Below, one piece after another: positions 13,711 through 25,790 of a DNA stretch of 64,000 bases. Under the pieces are notes generated by a model. The model saw only the letters and a program-made list of their open reading frames with translations, searched no databases and was not told the DNA's origin. The number at the start of each line of letters is the position of its first letter. Within the stretch, counting starts at the first letter, position 1. Source of the DNA: Vicugna vicugna (taxonomy: Eukaryota). The position numbers and the translations under genes are program-made. The DNA lies in contig MU058844.1 in the NCBI GenBank assembly GCA_013265495.1, positions 9,754,184-9,818,183 on the forward strand, given 5' to 3'.

Positions 13711-14179
13711 CTTAATGAAATTCATGATGGACTTCAATTTCCCCACTCTGCAATGTAGCTATTTAGATACTGTGAAATAATAGAAGAAAAATATTTTAAT
13801 TCTACTAAATGCAAATGAGCTATTGAATTTCTAGGGGAAGGGAAGTATGATAATATAGTTGAAAGAGTTCTGGGTTAGTAAGTGTCCTGCTAATAATTAA
13901 AGCACACTCAGTAGACACTAAACCTCTGGGCTTCATTTCCCATGTTTGCAAAATGAAATGACTAAATGAGGTTGAAATGACTCAATGAGATTATCTCAGA
14001 AATCCAATGAAGATCTAAAGTTATATAATTCTAAATTTTAAAAGCACAAGAAAAATAATTTTGTTTCATCATAGTCTTCCCAGAAGTTCCTAGCAGAGTA
14101 CTTCATATATATTAAATAACTTAGTCTTGAATATATGGTTAAAAAGGGTACCACACATGATATTAATACCCCTGCAAAC

Positions 14180-16340
14180 AAATGTCAGGCTTTGAAGAAA
14201 ATGGAGTAGATGTATTCTCCCAATTCCTTTCACTACGTACAAGTAAAACCGTGGACAGTAAACATAAAACAGACATAAGAAGGCTTTCAAAGGGAGAGAA
14301 GGCAAAGCAACTGAGGTCTTGGGATCCAAGGGCTCACGCAGTAGTGAGTTTTCTTTTTGCCTCATTTATTCCAGAAGCCAGTGATCTTCAACTGCCAGCC
14401 AGCTCAGACCAAAAAAGCCTCGGTAAAAACCTGCTCCCTCTAACCACAAACAATACAAAAACAAACAAACAAAAAACCCAAAATAGTGTAGCCTAGCAAG
14501 ACAGAAAACTTTTAGACAGTAACGGCTCTACCCAAAAGCCACAGGAAAAAAGCTGTGGCCTTACCCCCTTCCATGACCACAAATGAAGAAACTAGTCTTC
14601 TGCCTTCACCAGGTGGGGAGGAAGTATCCCAACCACCCCTGATGGAGTGAGGTCAGAGGGGGCAAAAGAGGGAGCCGGAACCGTCACCCTTGCCGCGGGT
14701 AACAAGACCCCTCCACCAGGCCAGTGGGAAACATGGGGGGAGCAGTGAAGAGGCACCCCTGGCCTTTCCCAGGGAAGCCTGGTGGGCGGCCCCCTTTCTC
14801 ATGCTCACCTGGCATCCCCTCCTGGGGCGTCAACAGAGGCCGAGTGGGGAACTTGGATTTCTGCTCACCCCTGACAGTGACGGAGGTGCCCTCCTTCTCT
14901 CTGCCAGAGTGGTATCAACGGAAAACCTCACAAATTTAATATCCTTAATAGTTCCAGGGCTGTTCGAGTTAACTATTTCATATTAGGTGAGTGTGATAGT
15001 TGTGCTTTAAAGAAAAAGTTCATTTCATCTAAGGTATAAATTATTAAGGCATTATTTCTTTATTATCCCTTTGATGTCTGCAGTGTCTCTAGTGGGTTTT
15101 TTTATTCCTAAATACTAGTAATTTGTGACTTCCTTCTTTTTCGGCTCACTAGAAGTTCGTCAATTTTATCTTTTCAAAGGACCATCTCGTTATTTAATTG
15201 ATTTTTCCTACTTTTTTTTTCCTGTTTTCAATTTCATTGATTTCTCCTCCTATTTTTATTAGTTCACTTTCTTCAGTGTATCTTCCTTTTCTTTTTCTAT
15301 ACGCTTGTGGAGGGGAGGAGCCTAGATTATTGATCTGAACTGTTTCCTCTTTCCCAGTGTATGCATTCAGTGCTATAAATTTCCCTCCCTTCATGATTTT
15401 AACTGTGTTCCACACATTTTGATATATTGTATTTTCATTTTGTATCAACTTATTTCAAAACATTTTACTTTACTGTATTTATTTCTCTTAAGACCTTCTT
15501 TTTGACAAATGTATTATTTAGAAGTAGCACATTTTACAACTCATTTGACATCACACTTCAGCTCCAACTTTGCATCCTGAGAGCGTTTAAACATAGTTTT
15601 AAAACTCCCCCAAAAGAGATCTCCAGACCCAGAGAGTTTCATGGAAAACTACCAAATGCTTAAAGAAGAATTAACTACAATAACTACAATTCTACACAAT
15701 CTCTTCCAGGAATTAGAAGAGACTCATATTTGAAAGCTAGTATTCTCTAATACTGAAACTAGACAAAGACAATGAAAAAAAAACCCCACAAAACTACAGA
15801 CCAATATCCTTCACAAATATAGATCCAAAAATCCTTAACAAATGATGAGTAAATAGAAATCAGTAATATATAAAAGGAAGTATACCATGATCAAAAATGG
15901 GGTGAATTCCAGAGACCAAATGCTTGTTCCTATTAGAAAATCAATGTAATCTATATATTAACAAACTAAAAAAGAAAATCACATAAACCTGTAAGTGCAA
16001 AAATAAAATTTATGTAACATTCTTGAAATGACAGCATTACAGAAAATGGAGAACAAATTAGTGGTCGTCAGAGGGTTAAGGCGAGGGGAGGTGCAAAGTA
16101 GGTGGGCAGGAATTGGATGTGGCCACAAAAAGGCTACATGAGGAATTATGTTCATTGAAATATTCTCTATAATGACTGCACTGATATAAATATGGTGGTT
16201 GTGATATTGTACTATAGTTTTATATGATGTCCCTATTGGGAGAAACTAGATAAATGGAACACAGGATTTCTCTATTATGTCTTATATCTGCATATGAATC
16301 TACAACTATCACAAAGTAAAAATTAGCTTAATTAAAAACT
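14180..16340. mobile_element. Rearranged old L1: GC-rich 5'UTR-like part (+), inverted ORF2 segment (-, about 14940-15525), ORF2 and 3' end (+)
   Basis: Minus ORF 15194-15448 reads QNVWNTVKIMKGGKFIALNAY (L1 ORF2 after the endonuclease domain); the plus strand at 15600-15990 has ORF2 motifs (aaaactacagaccaatatccttcacaaatatagatccaaaaatccttaacaaa); an L1MC-like 3' end follows. Confidence 0.7.
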
Positions 16341-17335
16341 ACCCCAGAAAACATGCCTTTCTTAGATTTTACCACATGATTGTCTAAAACTAATTTTGTG
16401 GATGAAAGTTTCTACTTAAGGGGCCCAAAATATGCATATTGAGTGTTCATGGTGAGTCCATCACTAGTCTAGGCCTGTATACTGAATGATTCATTCATTC
16501 ATTCTGTCATAATATATTTACTAAGCATCACAATGACAGACGCATTTCTAGGCACTGAAATAGGTGTGAGCGACACAGGAAAATCCCTGTTCTCATGGAG
16601 CACGCACTGCAATGAAGATAGATTCATAGACAATAACACAATAGAGAAAAGCAAAGCAGGAAAGAGGGACAGAAAATTCCAGCTGGGAGGAGGTTTAATA
16701 GTAAGTCAGATCCTCTTTGGTGAGGTGGCATTTGAGGATAAATGTCGAAAGATGAAGGAAGAGACACATACATTACTAGGGAATAGAATGCTGGGTTGAA
16801 AAAAACCTTATTATGGGCCTTTAAACTGACTGTGAATTTTATTCTTTGTAACTTGGGAGATTCAGTAAATTTTTAATGAACAAATTCTTCTCCATCTGAA
16901 GAGATTACTGCAGTGTTTTAGGAAAACGGCCCTCCCCCCCAAAAAATCACTATTTTTTTAGTTACTTACGTTGCTTCCTACTCTACATTTATCATAGTTC
17001 CCAATTTTCCTGATATCGTATTCAAACTTCCACTACAATTACACAAAGCAGAGTAAGGTGTACGTTGGGTATTCCATCTCACCTGCTATACTCTTTTCAA
17101 TTACACCACCATCTATTCTAGTCAGGTTTCCATCTCAGCCTGACCCCTTGTATTACTCTGTGTTTCCCTTGCTGTATCCTGGAATCCCTATTTACTCCCC
17201 TCCATCAATCTCACTATGTTCATGAATAGTGATGGGGCCAGAGAGTGGCTCACCATGAGTGCTTTAACATACCCAGAATCTTTAGATCTCCTAACCCCAC
17301 CATCTAAGATAGCTCAAATAAAAAGAAGAATGTTG

Positions 17336-17467
17336 AGGGTAGGGCATAGCTCAGTGGTAGAGTGCTTGCCTAGCAAGCACAAGGTCCTGAGTTCAGTCCC
17401 CAGTACTGCCATTTAAATAAATAAGTAAAACCTAATTATCCCTACCTCCCCCCACCCCCGAAAAAAA
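17336..17467 (+). mobile_element. tRNA-derived SINE (camelid Vic-1-like)
   Basis: A box tagctcagtgg, B-box-like gagttcagtccc, tail aaataaataagtaaaacctaatta...ccccc followed by an A run. Confidence 0.85.
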
Positions 17468-20400
17468 CTGTATTCGGTGTTGCATGTCAATTCTATCTCA
17501 ATAAAACTGGATGGAAAAAAATTTTTTAAAAAAATGTCCTTTGATATATGCAACTTACATTTTCTCCTAGCATACTGAGCAACAACAAAAAAGAGTATTT
17601 TGAAAACTTGGCTATTTTATTGATTTAGCTCAGATGATCTAAGTAAAACATTAGTGTATCTAACTATGAAATTCAAACCAGAGCATCATTTTCTAATTAC
17701 TGAGTCTAAGCTTCTCCTATAAAGCAATTCTGAAGCTACCAATGAACAACACCCAATTCATACTCCACTTCTTCAACACAGCCTTCAATAAAGTGCATTT
17801 CTCCTGAACTGCTATTTGATTTCACCTCCAATCCACACAGTTGACTAACATATTTATGTAGGTTTGTGTTTAACTGCTTTATAATGATTAGCTATGTCTT
17901 TATAATAACAGTGAAGTTATTTGGAGGCACAAAGCCAAGATCACTAAGGCCATTTGGGATTCAAACTTGGGTCTTGAACCCCAAACACAGAGCCTGGACA
18001 TACTAAGCATTAAATAGTATATTTTCATTAAATGTCCACCACACCACAGGTATATAAAAGAAACTTCTCATCTGATGGTCACTCAGTATTATAGTTAATA
18101 TTTAAGTTGGTATGAAATATATTTTGTGAGCCACTTGAATTTCAATTATAATAGCGATGCAAATAGCTATTTCTCTCTGATCTGTGAATAGGCAACTAAA
18201 ATGGCTTTTGTGCTTTCAGCAATGACTGCCTGGTAACTCAAATGTGTCAATTCACTTGCTTAAGAACAAACGGGATCACACACCTTTCCTGCGTGTTTGA
18301 CTTGACATCTCGACTGAGGAGAGCCACGTCAGTGGGATGCAGACAGAGGAAAAAGGTAGAACTTTTGAATCAGTACATTAATTTGCAACCTTGAGAAACA
18401 CTTTGAACCACCCACATTCAATCTAGTAAATGGTACTTTTAAGAATGGTCCGAGTTCTTATAAATGATAGAAATATTTTATTTTTTAAGAAGTTGGTAAA
18501 TGGAAATCAGATTTAGTCAGAATCACACCTTGCCCAGTAATCTGCACTGTGCAGAGAAGCCCACAAAATAGGGATCCAAATAAAGTACATATCAAATACA
18601 TTTCTTTAATAGTTCTTAGGGGAATGGTGGTCATGGCTTTGCAGAAGGGGATTAAGAGTTGACATATATGCTATCAAACTATACAGGGATATTTGAAAGA
18701 ACCAAGAGCAGAAGGGGGAAAAAAATAACAGGGAAATTAAGCACACTCTCATTCAATCCTGAGCCATTAACACATTTGTGAGCTCAGTGGACTTCCCAGG
18801 GGTTCCTCCAGGTGCCTGATACCTCCTCTGGGACAAAAAGCTAATAAAGAAATCACTGCCGAAAAGAACACTCCTAAAAGCCACGACTGCATTCTTCACT
18901 CTCCCTCAATTAAGTGCTGGGCACCCAAGAGATACAGTGTATTTCCCTCTTTTGATTCTAAATGACAGAACTTGGAAGAGCTTTAAATAAATCCAAACTG
19001 TAAAATTATCTTCCAGAAAAAAGGAGTAAGTTTTCAAACTCAATACTAAATCACCACATTTACTAAGATTTGAAAATATGAATAAGTACATACATTTTGA
19101 ACTCATTTGAGATTATAAAAGTGGTCTTGCCTGTACATGAACTTTCTATAATATTTTTACTGGCATATATAATGTATTTGGACAAAAAATGTCGTTAAAA
19201 TGACCATGTTTGGGGGCCTTTACCTATATTTGCCCTATTCCAATGTATTTGTGACAACAGAACCAGTTGAGACCCCAAACACTAATCTCCTCATAAATTC
19301 AATCATCAAGATGCATGTTTAACTGTGCCCAGATATGACCAAGTTTACACTGAGAAAAATAGCCAATAATCCCCGAAAGGAGTGCTAAGGTCAGACACCA
19401 GGCAGTAAGGGAGGGAGCTCAATTTGATTTCACTTTATGTCCAAAACAAGTACAGAGTCAGCGACTCAGAGCTGACTTTACACTGTGACTAATCTTAGAC
19501 CACCATAAATTAGAAGTTTGCAACAGCTATAAAACTGCTTCCATTCTGAACAGTGAATTTCCAGGTCTTACTAATATCTCATCAACAGACAATTCATGTG
19601 AACCCAGATAAAAGCAAAGTACTTACCTAATAAATACTGTAATCATAAATATAATTACCTACTAGACCTGCAAACTAATTTTAAAGAGAAAGAAATTACT
19701 TCAGCAGTTCTGACGTAGCAATTAATACTCACGTTTTCTTTGATGACCCTCCTTAACTGAGAAAACTTTTCCATTTGCCTAGAGAAAATATCTATAAATT
19801 TTGCCTGAGGGAAATGTGGAAATAAGATATTGCAGTGAAATAAAACCCTTATGAAAAATTACGAATTTCATGAGACAACAAATCATTTCTCTCTTCTACA
19901 AAAATTTCAGTGCCTAGAATGCCCAAGCCTCTCCGCTAGGAACTGTGAGCACAAGACAATAAATAAGACACAGTCCCCACAAACAGAGAGTTTACAGTGG
20001 AATAGAGTGGTTCTCAAAAGTCAGTACTGTCTCACCCACATATTCTGTTTAAGTGAAGATTTGTGAGTTGTATTTTCCAAGTCCTGATTCCGTCGGCTGG
20101 AGCAGGACCTCAGGGATGTATATTCTCATGCAGGGAGTCACAAGTCCAAACTTTGAGAAACATTTGTCTTTAGCAGTGAGGAAGTACACAGTACATACTG
20201 CAATACGTCTAAATCTGCCTAATTCATTGATTTAGAATCCCTCCAACCTTCACTCATGTGGTCTTTTAATCCTGAGTTAAGATCCAATTCAAATCCTTAA
20301 TTAAAGGATTTTTTCCCCCAACCTGTACCTCAAGTTCAGGTGGTTGTATATCAAGTACATATCACTACTTTGATTATGTGTCTCAGTTCTACTAACTGAA

Positions 20401-21049
20401 CTTCCGCTTCATGCCCGTGACTATGCAGTCACCCTGAGTACAAGTGGACTCATTATGAACGAGTCTGCCTTGTTTTCTGAGTCCTGATCCTCTCATTTAT
20501 CTCAGAATTACTGCCCTGTCTTTTGTTCCCAGCTCTCTAAGGTTTAGCACCCGTCCAACGATCACGACCATTTTACCTGGTACTAGACCACCCTGATGCA
20601 GACCACCTGCCTGGATTTGAACATATTGCCTTCTCTCAGACTCTGTGTAGCTATGATCTGCTGCCCACCCACCAGGGAAACACCTGCTTCCCTTTTCAGG
20701 ACCCCTCTGACACTGTTTGCCTGTCCTCGCTGCTACATATCACCTACCATCAAAATGCCTGGGAATCTTGTCCAGTACCTCCCCAATCACAGAGCGTCAC
20801 ATCACCTGCAGAGACGCCCAAAAGTACAGGTTCTTGGGCTTCACCTCTTGAGGCTATGATTCAGCAAGTCTAGGGTCAAGTCCAGGAATCGGTAGTTTTA
20901 ATGCTTAGCATGTCCTTGAAGACACGAAGACACAGACACACAGACACACACACACATTTAAGCTGGGCTTTTAAGAATGAATACAATTTTGTGTGACATA
21001 GAAAGGGAGAAGGACAATATAGCCACACGAAGCAAAGCCATCAGATGGG

Positions 21050-22700
21050 GAAAAAGTATTGTTTATGTTTAAAGAAGAGAATTAAATCCATTATTAGCCC
21101 CCATACCAGATGTTTAACACATGAAACTGATGTGTGAATAAATGAAGTCTGGCTAGAGGTATCAGCTATGTGAAGAGATGGAGTGGGGGAATGTAAGAAT
21201 GAAAAGCTATAAAGTCAGATTCTAATTGGTGATGAATTCTGGGTTGTAATAAGTACACAATGAGAATAAGTGAAACAGTTGGAATATTCTGGGCCATCTC
21301 CTATACACAGAGCCTTTATTATTACTTCTATGCTTCGGATACCTAAATCTGCATGTCAGATTCTTACTTTTCAGACAATAAACTTCACCTGCCAACACAT
21401 ACATGCTCTAAATTGTACGTTAGAGCCAATTCAATCCAAGTAAGAGGTAGGGGGATGGGATGGACGGGTAGGCAGGATGGGAATGGGTGATAAGGCCGCT
21501 TTCGGGTGCTATTACAGGAAGCAACAAGTCTGGTATAAAATGGGGGCAGTCACATTAAAGGAGCAAACTGCACAGCCTTGGCAGGGACTGAACTGAAGGT
21601 CTGATTAAATGTAGAAGAGACGGGAGAAGGTATCACATAAAAATATGTGGCTTGGTCTCCAACCGATTATAAAGAACAAGCATAGAAAAGTAAGGAAGAG
21701 AAGGAGAATCTATGTAACAGAAATGCCATTTTAAATGCATTTAGGGTTGATACACCAACCAGGTTCCCAGCTGAAATTTTCTAACTGTGTGTGTGTGTGT
21801 GTGTGTGTGTGTCTCCAAAAACTTGCAGGAGAAAGAGTGAGAGAAAGAAGATAAAATGCAATAGAAAGTATATTGAATTATTAAGAGTAATTTTCTAGGG
21901 GATATATGAGATTGAAACAAAAATGAGCAGCTAGATTCCTGAAAAGTGTATGGCAGTGACATCCCTGAGAGGGGATATTTGGAGACATAAATAAAGACAT
22001 GGATAAATTTTGAAGGAGGGTAAATCAGTTATCTTTGATGTTATTAGTAAAATCAATAATAGCCTCGTCTATGGATGACAGTGGGGGTAGACCATATTCA
22101 AAATGAGAGCAGAATTTTCCTATGGAAGATTGGTAAAGTGTAAAGAAGGGATGTATAGAAGATGAAGCAGCTGGGAGAGTTAGAGATAAGAGAATTTATA
22201 ACTGAACGAGGTAGAACCATCTCTGTCTTCTCCAGCACTAGTCATCAGCCAGCCTCTAGTGAAAACCAGCAGGAGGATCTGCTCAGAGTTGGTAATTTTC
22301 TAGATGGTCACAATGACATGGTTTGAGATCTAAGGAGCAAGAGATAGGTGCTGTTGAAATGTATCCATTCCAGATGAACAGAGAAAACACTGAAGTCTGA
22401 AGAAATGCTGCACTGAAAGGATGAAAGGTACGCCGATATGGATGCTGCAGTCAGAGAGAAGGTACACTACATCTTGAAGTTCTCTGGTTGATAGCCTCAG
22501 AGACAGAAAAGTGGACTAAAACTGAGTGATGTTGATTTCAAATGGAGCAAAGGGTTAAAAGATGTTTCCAAGATAAGGAATCTAGATGTGCCAGAGGTAA
22601 ACAACTATGCCAGTTCCCACCATCCCCATTGTGGGGGGGCCTTCAGGGAAGTGGTGTTATCAGGACAGACTCAAGCTTTCATTTATAGGAGCAGGTGCAG
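21050..22700 (-). mobile_element. Highly diverged L2-like fragments (approximate bounds)
   Basis: Long purine-rich stretch with L2-like motifs; no intact ORF. Confidence 0.4.
21786..21812. repeat. (TG)n microsatellite
   Basis: Direct reading; similar TG/CA tracts near 1320-1354, 35704-35727, 46108-46143, 48347-48372, 61391-61409 and 63793-63820. Confidence 0.95.
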
Positions 22701-23259
22701 TTTTACAGAAGGTAGAAGAGGAAGGAGATTATGACACAGGACAGGTCAACGTTAGGAGGAGTGAGGGTTTTCGTCTTTGTAGACTAGAGCTTAGTGACCT
22801 GGATATTTCTATTCCAATAATATAAAATATAAAGGCTGTTACAAAAGGAAGGACATAGAGGAAAGTGAGTCAGCCACTGTGACTACAGAATTCAGGGAAG
22901 CATCTGGAATGTGATAAAGTCAATTTAAAAAGAGAGAGTGCCAGAAGTTTACATGTTCATTGCCTATTTTAAATTAAGATAAGGTATAATTCAGTAAGTT
23001 TGGTGTTTAGATAATAAGAAATAGATACTTGTGAAAACACAATAAAGCAGATTTTTCTTTTTCCCTCTTTCCAATTTCCCAATGTCGTGGAGATGATTCC
23101 ATATACTACACAGCTGGTCCTCGGGTAAATGTGGAGCTAAAAAGTATGTGTTTTTTGCTTGTTTGGTTTTGTTTTTTTTAACTGTTTCTTACATAGTTTT
23201 AGATAAATGTGCTGTAAAGATTACAAATGATACTGACAAACACATAACACAGTCTGGGA

Positions 23260-23331
23260 TTAGTTACGTGTTTCAGGTTAGTTCTCTCTTTCAGGTTAAT
23301 TACCTGTTTCAGCTTAGTTACCTGTTTCAGG
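23260..23331 (-). repeat. 4 x 18-bp tandem array spanning a PTPRQ splice donor
   Basis: Plus-strand units ttagttacgtgtttcagg / ttagttctctctttcagg / ttaattacctgtttcagc / ttagttacctgtttcagg. Confidence 0.95.
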
Positions 23332-23591
23332 TAGCGTGCTGATGTTGCATGTACTTTCATCACCTTCGCCAGCTGAGGTGGCAGCTCTTATTTTAAAGAC
23401 ATAGGAGGTATTGGCAAGAAGTTTCATGAAAGTGTATCCGTGATCTTGGGAAGAGACTTCCGTCGCATTCCCCTCAACTGTTACCGTATAACGCGTAATG
23501 ATTCCATTTGGCTTTTTAGGCGGGTCCCACTTCACCAGAGCTGACTGCCAGCTTGTTGCCACACACTGTACGTTCTGTACAACACCTGGAA
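23322..23591 (-). CDS. PTPRQ: PTPRQ internal coding exon (270 nt, phase 1-1), one complete FN3 repeat
   Basis: ttctctcttaag|TT (AAG acceptor) ... ACAG|gtaact; [35 protein letters not shown]...CNISTLPET. Confidence 0.93.
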
Positions 23592-25439
23592 CTTAAGAGA
23601 GAAGCAAATGTCCACAGTTAAATTGTATACACATGTAGCAGATAAATTATTTCATCATATGACTGCTAGATAAAATCAGAGTGAAGCAGAATAAAAATTT
23701 AACATATCAAGCTTTCACTGTGTGCTCAAAACGTTCTTGACATGGGCTGAATCCAATGGCAGTGGGCCCATTTTCTACGCTGCCATGTTAATCTTTACGC
23801 TACTGAACCCGTCACTGAACATTCTCCTAGACCCAAGCAGCAATCACCTCCTCAAACCCTCAGATACAACTGTGTGGCCTCAAACTCAGGCAGTGGTTGA
23901 AGCCTGCCCCTTTCTCTCTTAGTCGGAAAGGAGCAGTCCTAGCAATACTTTATTATGGAACTTTCCAATGCAGAACATAGATGTGGGTGCCAGGCTGATG
24001 TGGCACATCCGGGCTTAACAGGACTAGGAAATATGGAACTGAATCAGGGGTTTTGGATAACTTCTTTGGAAGAAGCATGAAGACCTGATCCTTCAGTATC
24101 TTTTTCAAAAGTCACTGGAAAGAAGATCTAAATCAGCCCCACTTTTTAATTCAATCCCAGTCTTTCCTAGAACTTAGCTGAATTCACTTGATCTGGTTGG
24201 AGAACAACATCCCAGTCTGCCAAAGTGACTGCAGGTTGGAGATAGTGATTACTTCCCACAGCAATGTCTGGTTATCTAATGTCCCCTAATGTCAGCACAG
24301 CTTTCCTTGTCACAGTAAAAAGAGGATGCTAGAAGGAAAATTAGCATGTAGTCAATCAACAAACAGTGAAAAGAAACAACTTGTCATTATACAAAGCACA
24401 GTTATTCAAAGAATACTCAAGTACTCTTTGGCTTGCTAAAGTTCTCTCTCCTGGCCTAAATTTCTCACTTTCCAAACCCTTCTTCCTTGATTCTGATGAT
24501 AAAAGTATCAGAACTAAAGGAGAATACTTAGGGGTGTGCAGCATTTAAAATGAAAGAAAAGGCAGTTTCTCAGCTGATTCAGGTTTCTGGCAGCTAAATA
24601 TGGTTGATTATTTGCTTCTTTATTTTTAAAAACATATATCAATATTTTTATAAAATAAATTAACAAGAGATAGTTGATAATTTGCTTAAGTTTAAACTAA
24701 ATTTAAATTTACCTGGATTTTGTGAACATCTATTTCACTGATTCTGTAAACCTAAAAACACTTAATTAACCAGGTGAAAATTTTCTTTTATTCAATTGAT
24801 CAGGGCATAGGATTTATTGCATGTAACGTATGTTTTATTGTACTTGAAAAGGGCTCAGGGTTTGGTTTAAATCAGGCTGCACACCTTTTATCAGTCTGAC
24901 ATCTCTCTCACCATGTCAAACTGGCCTCAGCTAGCAATACTTCATTAAATCCAAAAGAAAAACAATTTAATTTTGAAGAAGAAAATCCAGCTCTGAGAAC
25001 AATTAGCATTGGTCTGTAATTTAAAACACAATGAGGGCTAATGATTCATGTTGCTTTATACACCCTTCTTCTCATACAGAACGAGAAAGGTAATTTTCCT
25101 AACTCAGGTAGGCACCGATACTGGTCCCAGGTACTGCACGCTGGCTCACAAACTCTCTCTCCACCCCCTCCTCCGCTGTCTCCCTCCAAACAACAAAAAT
25201 CAGACCATGTCAAAGGAAAAAGGTTTGTTATGTTACTGATTAAAACCCTTGGATTTTGGCACACGATTTTGTGAAATAGTCATACTGGAAAAGTATTCAT
25301 CGTTTTACAGAGCACTGTCTATAAGATTAGCCTTGATTTTTATTAATCTATGTGTAAATAAATTTATTTTCTTTATGGGTTTATCATTTTCCCACAGCAT
25401 CACTCATTAATGACATGCAGTTCCTACAGTCGCGTCCAC

Positions 25440-25790
25440 TTCTCACTGGAGGTCAGAAGCTGATGTTCTAGTTCAGGGTCTTCACTATTTCTCAGCCCTT
25501 ACCATCTAATCTGCCTGAATCACAGCTTCTTCATCTGTCATATGGGAACAGGGGCAACTAATATTTTTTGAGTCCTTGTACGTCCAACACAGTAATAAGT
25601 GCTTTCTATGGATCTTTTAAAATATTTTTCACAACCTTTCAACCCTGCTGATGTGCGTTTCTTTTCAGTTAAAGGTTTAGAGGCTTAGAGAGTAGTCATG
25701 TGCCTTTGCCAAGGTTATACAACCAGTAAGTGACAGAGCTTGGATTCAAATCCAGACACTCGGACATCACTCAGAGCATGCACTTACATT
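25440..25790. mobile_element. MIR SINE remnants (probably two, in opposite orientations)
   Basis: cagcttcttcatctgtcatatggga on the plus strand, and gaggcttagagag...gccaaggttatacaaccagtaagtgacagagcttggattcaaatccagac (antisense MIR core). Confidence 0.65.

Noticed and set aside
14182..14986. Cluster of plus-strand ORFs in GC-rich sequence, suggesting a nested gene or CpG island
   Set aside because: Best explained as L1 5'UTR-like sequence; too short and CpG-poor for a convincing island, and the peptides are not recognisable.
17336..17412. tRNA-like sequence with A and B boxes (also at 45784-45860 and 42875-42945)
   Set aside because: Multiple diverged copies with AT-rich tails and, in one case, a TSD; these are tRNA-derived SINEs, not tRNA genes.
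23260..23331. Short regular repeats superficially like a CRISPR array
   Set aside because: Head-to-tail units with no unique spacers, a eukaryotic intron context and no cas genes.
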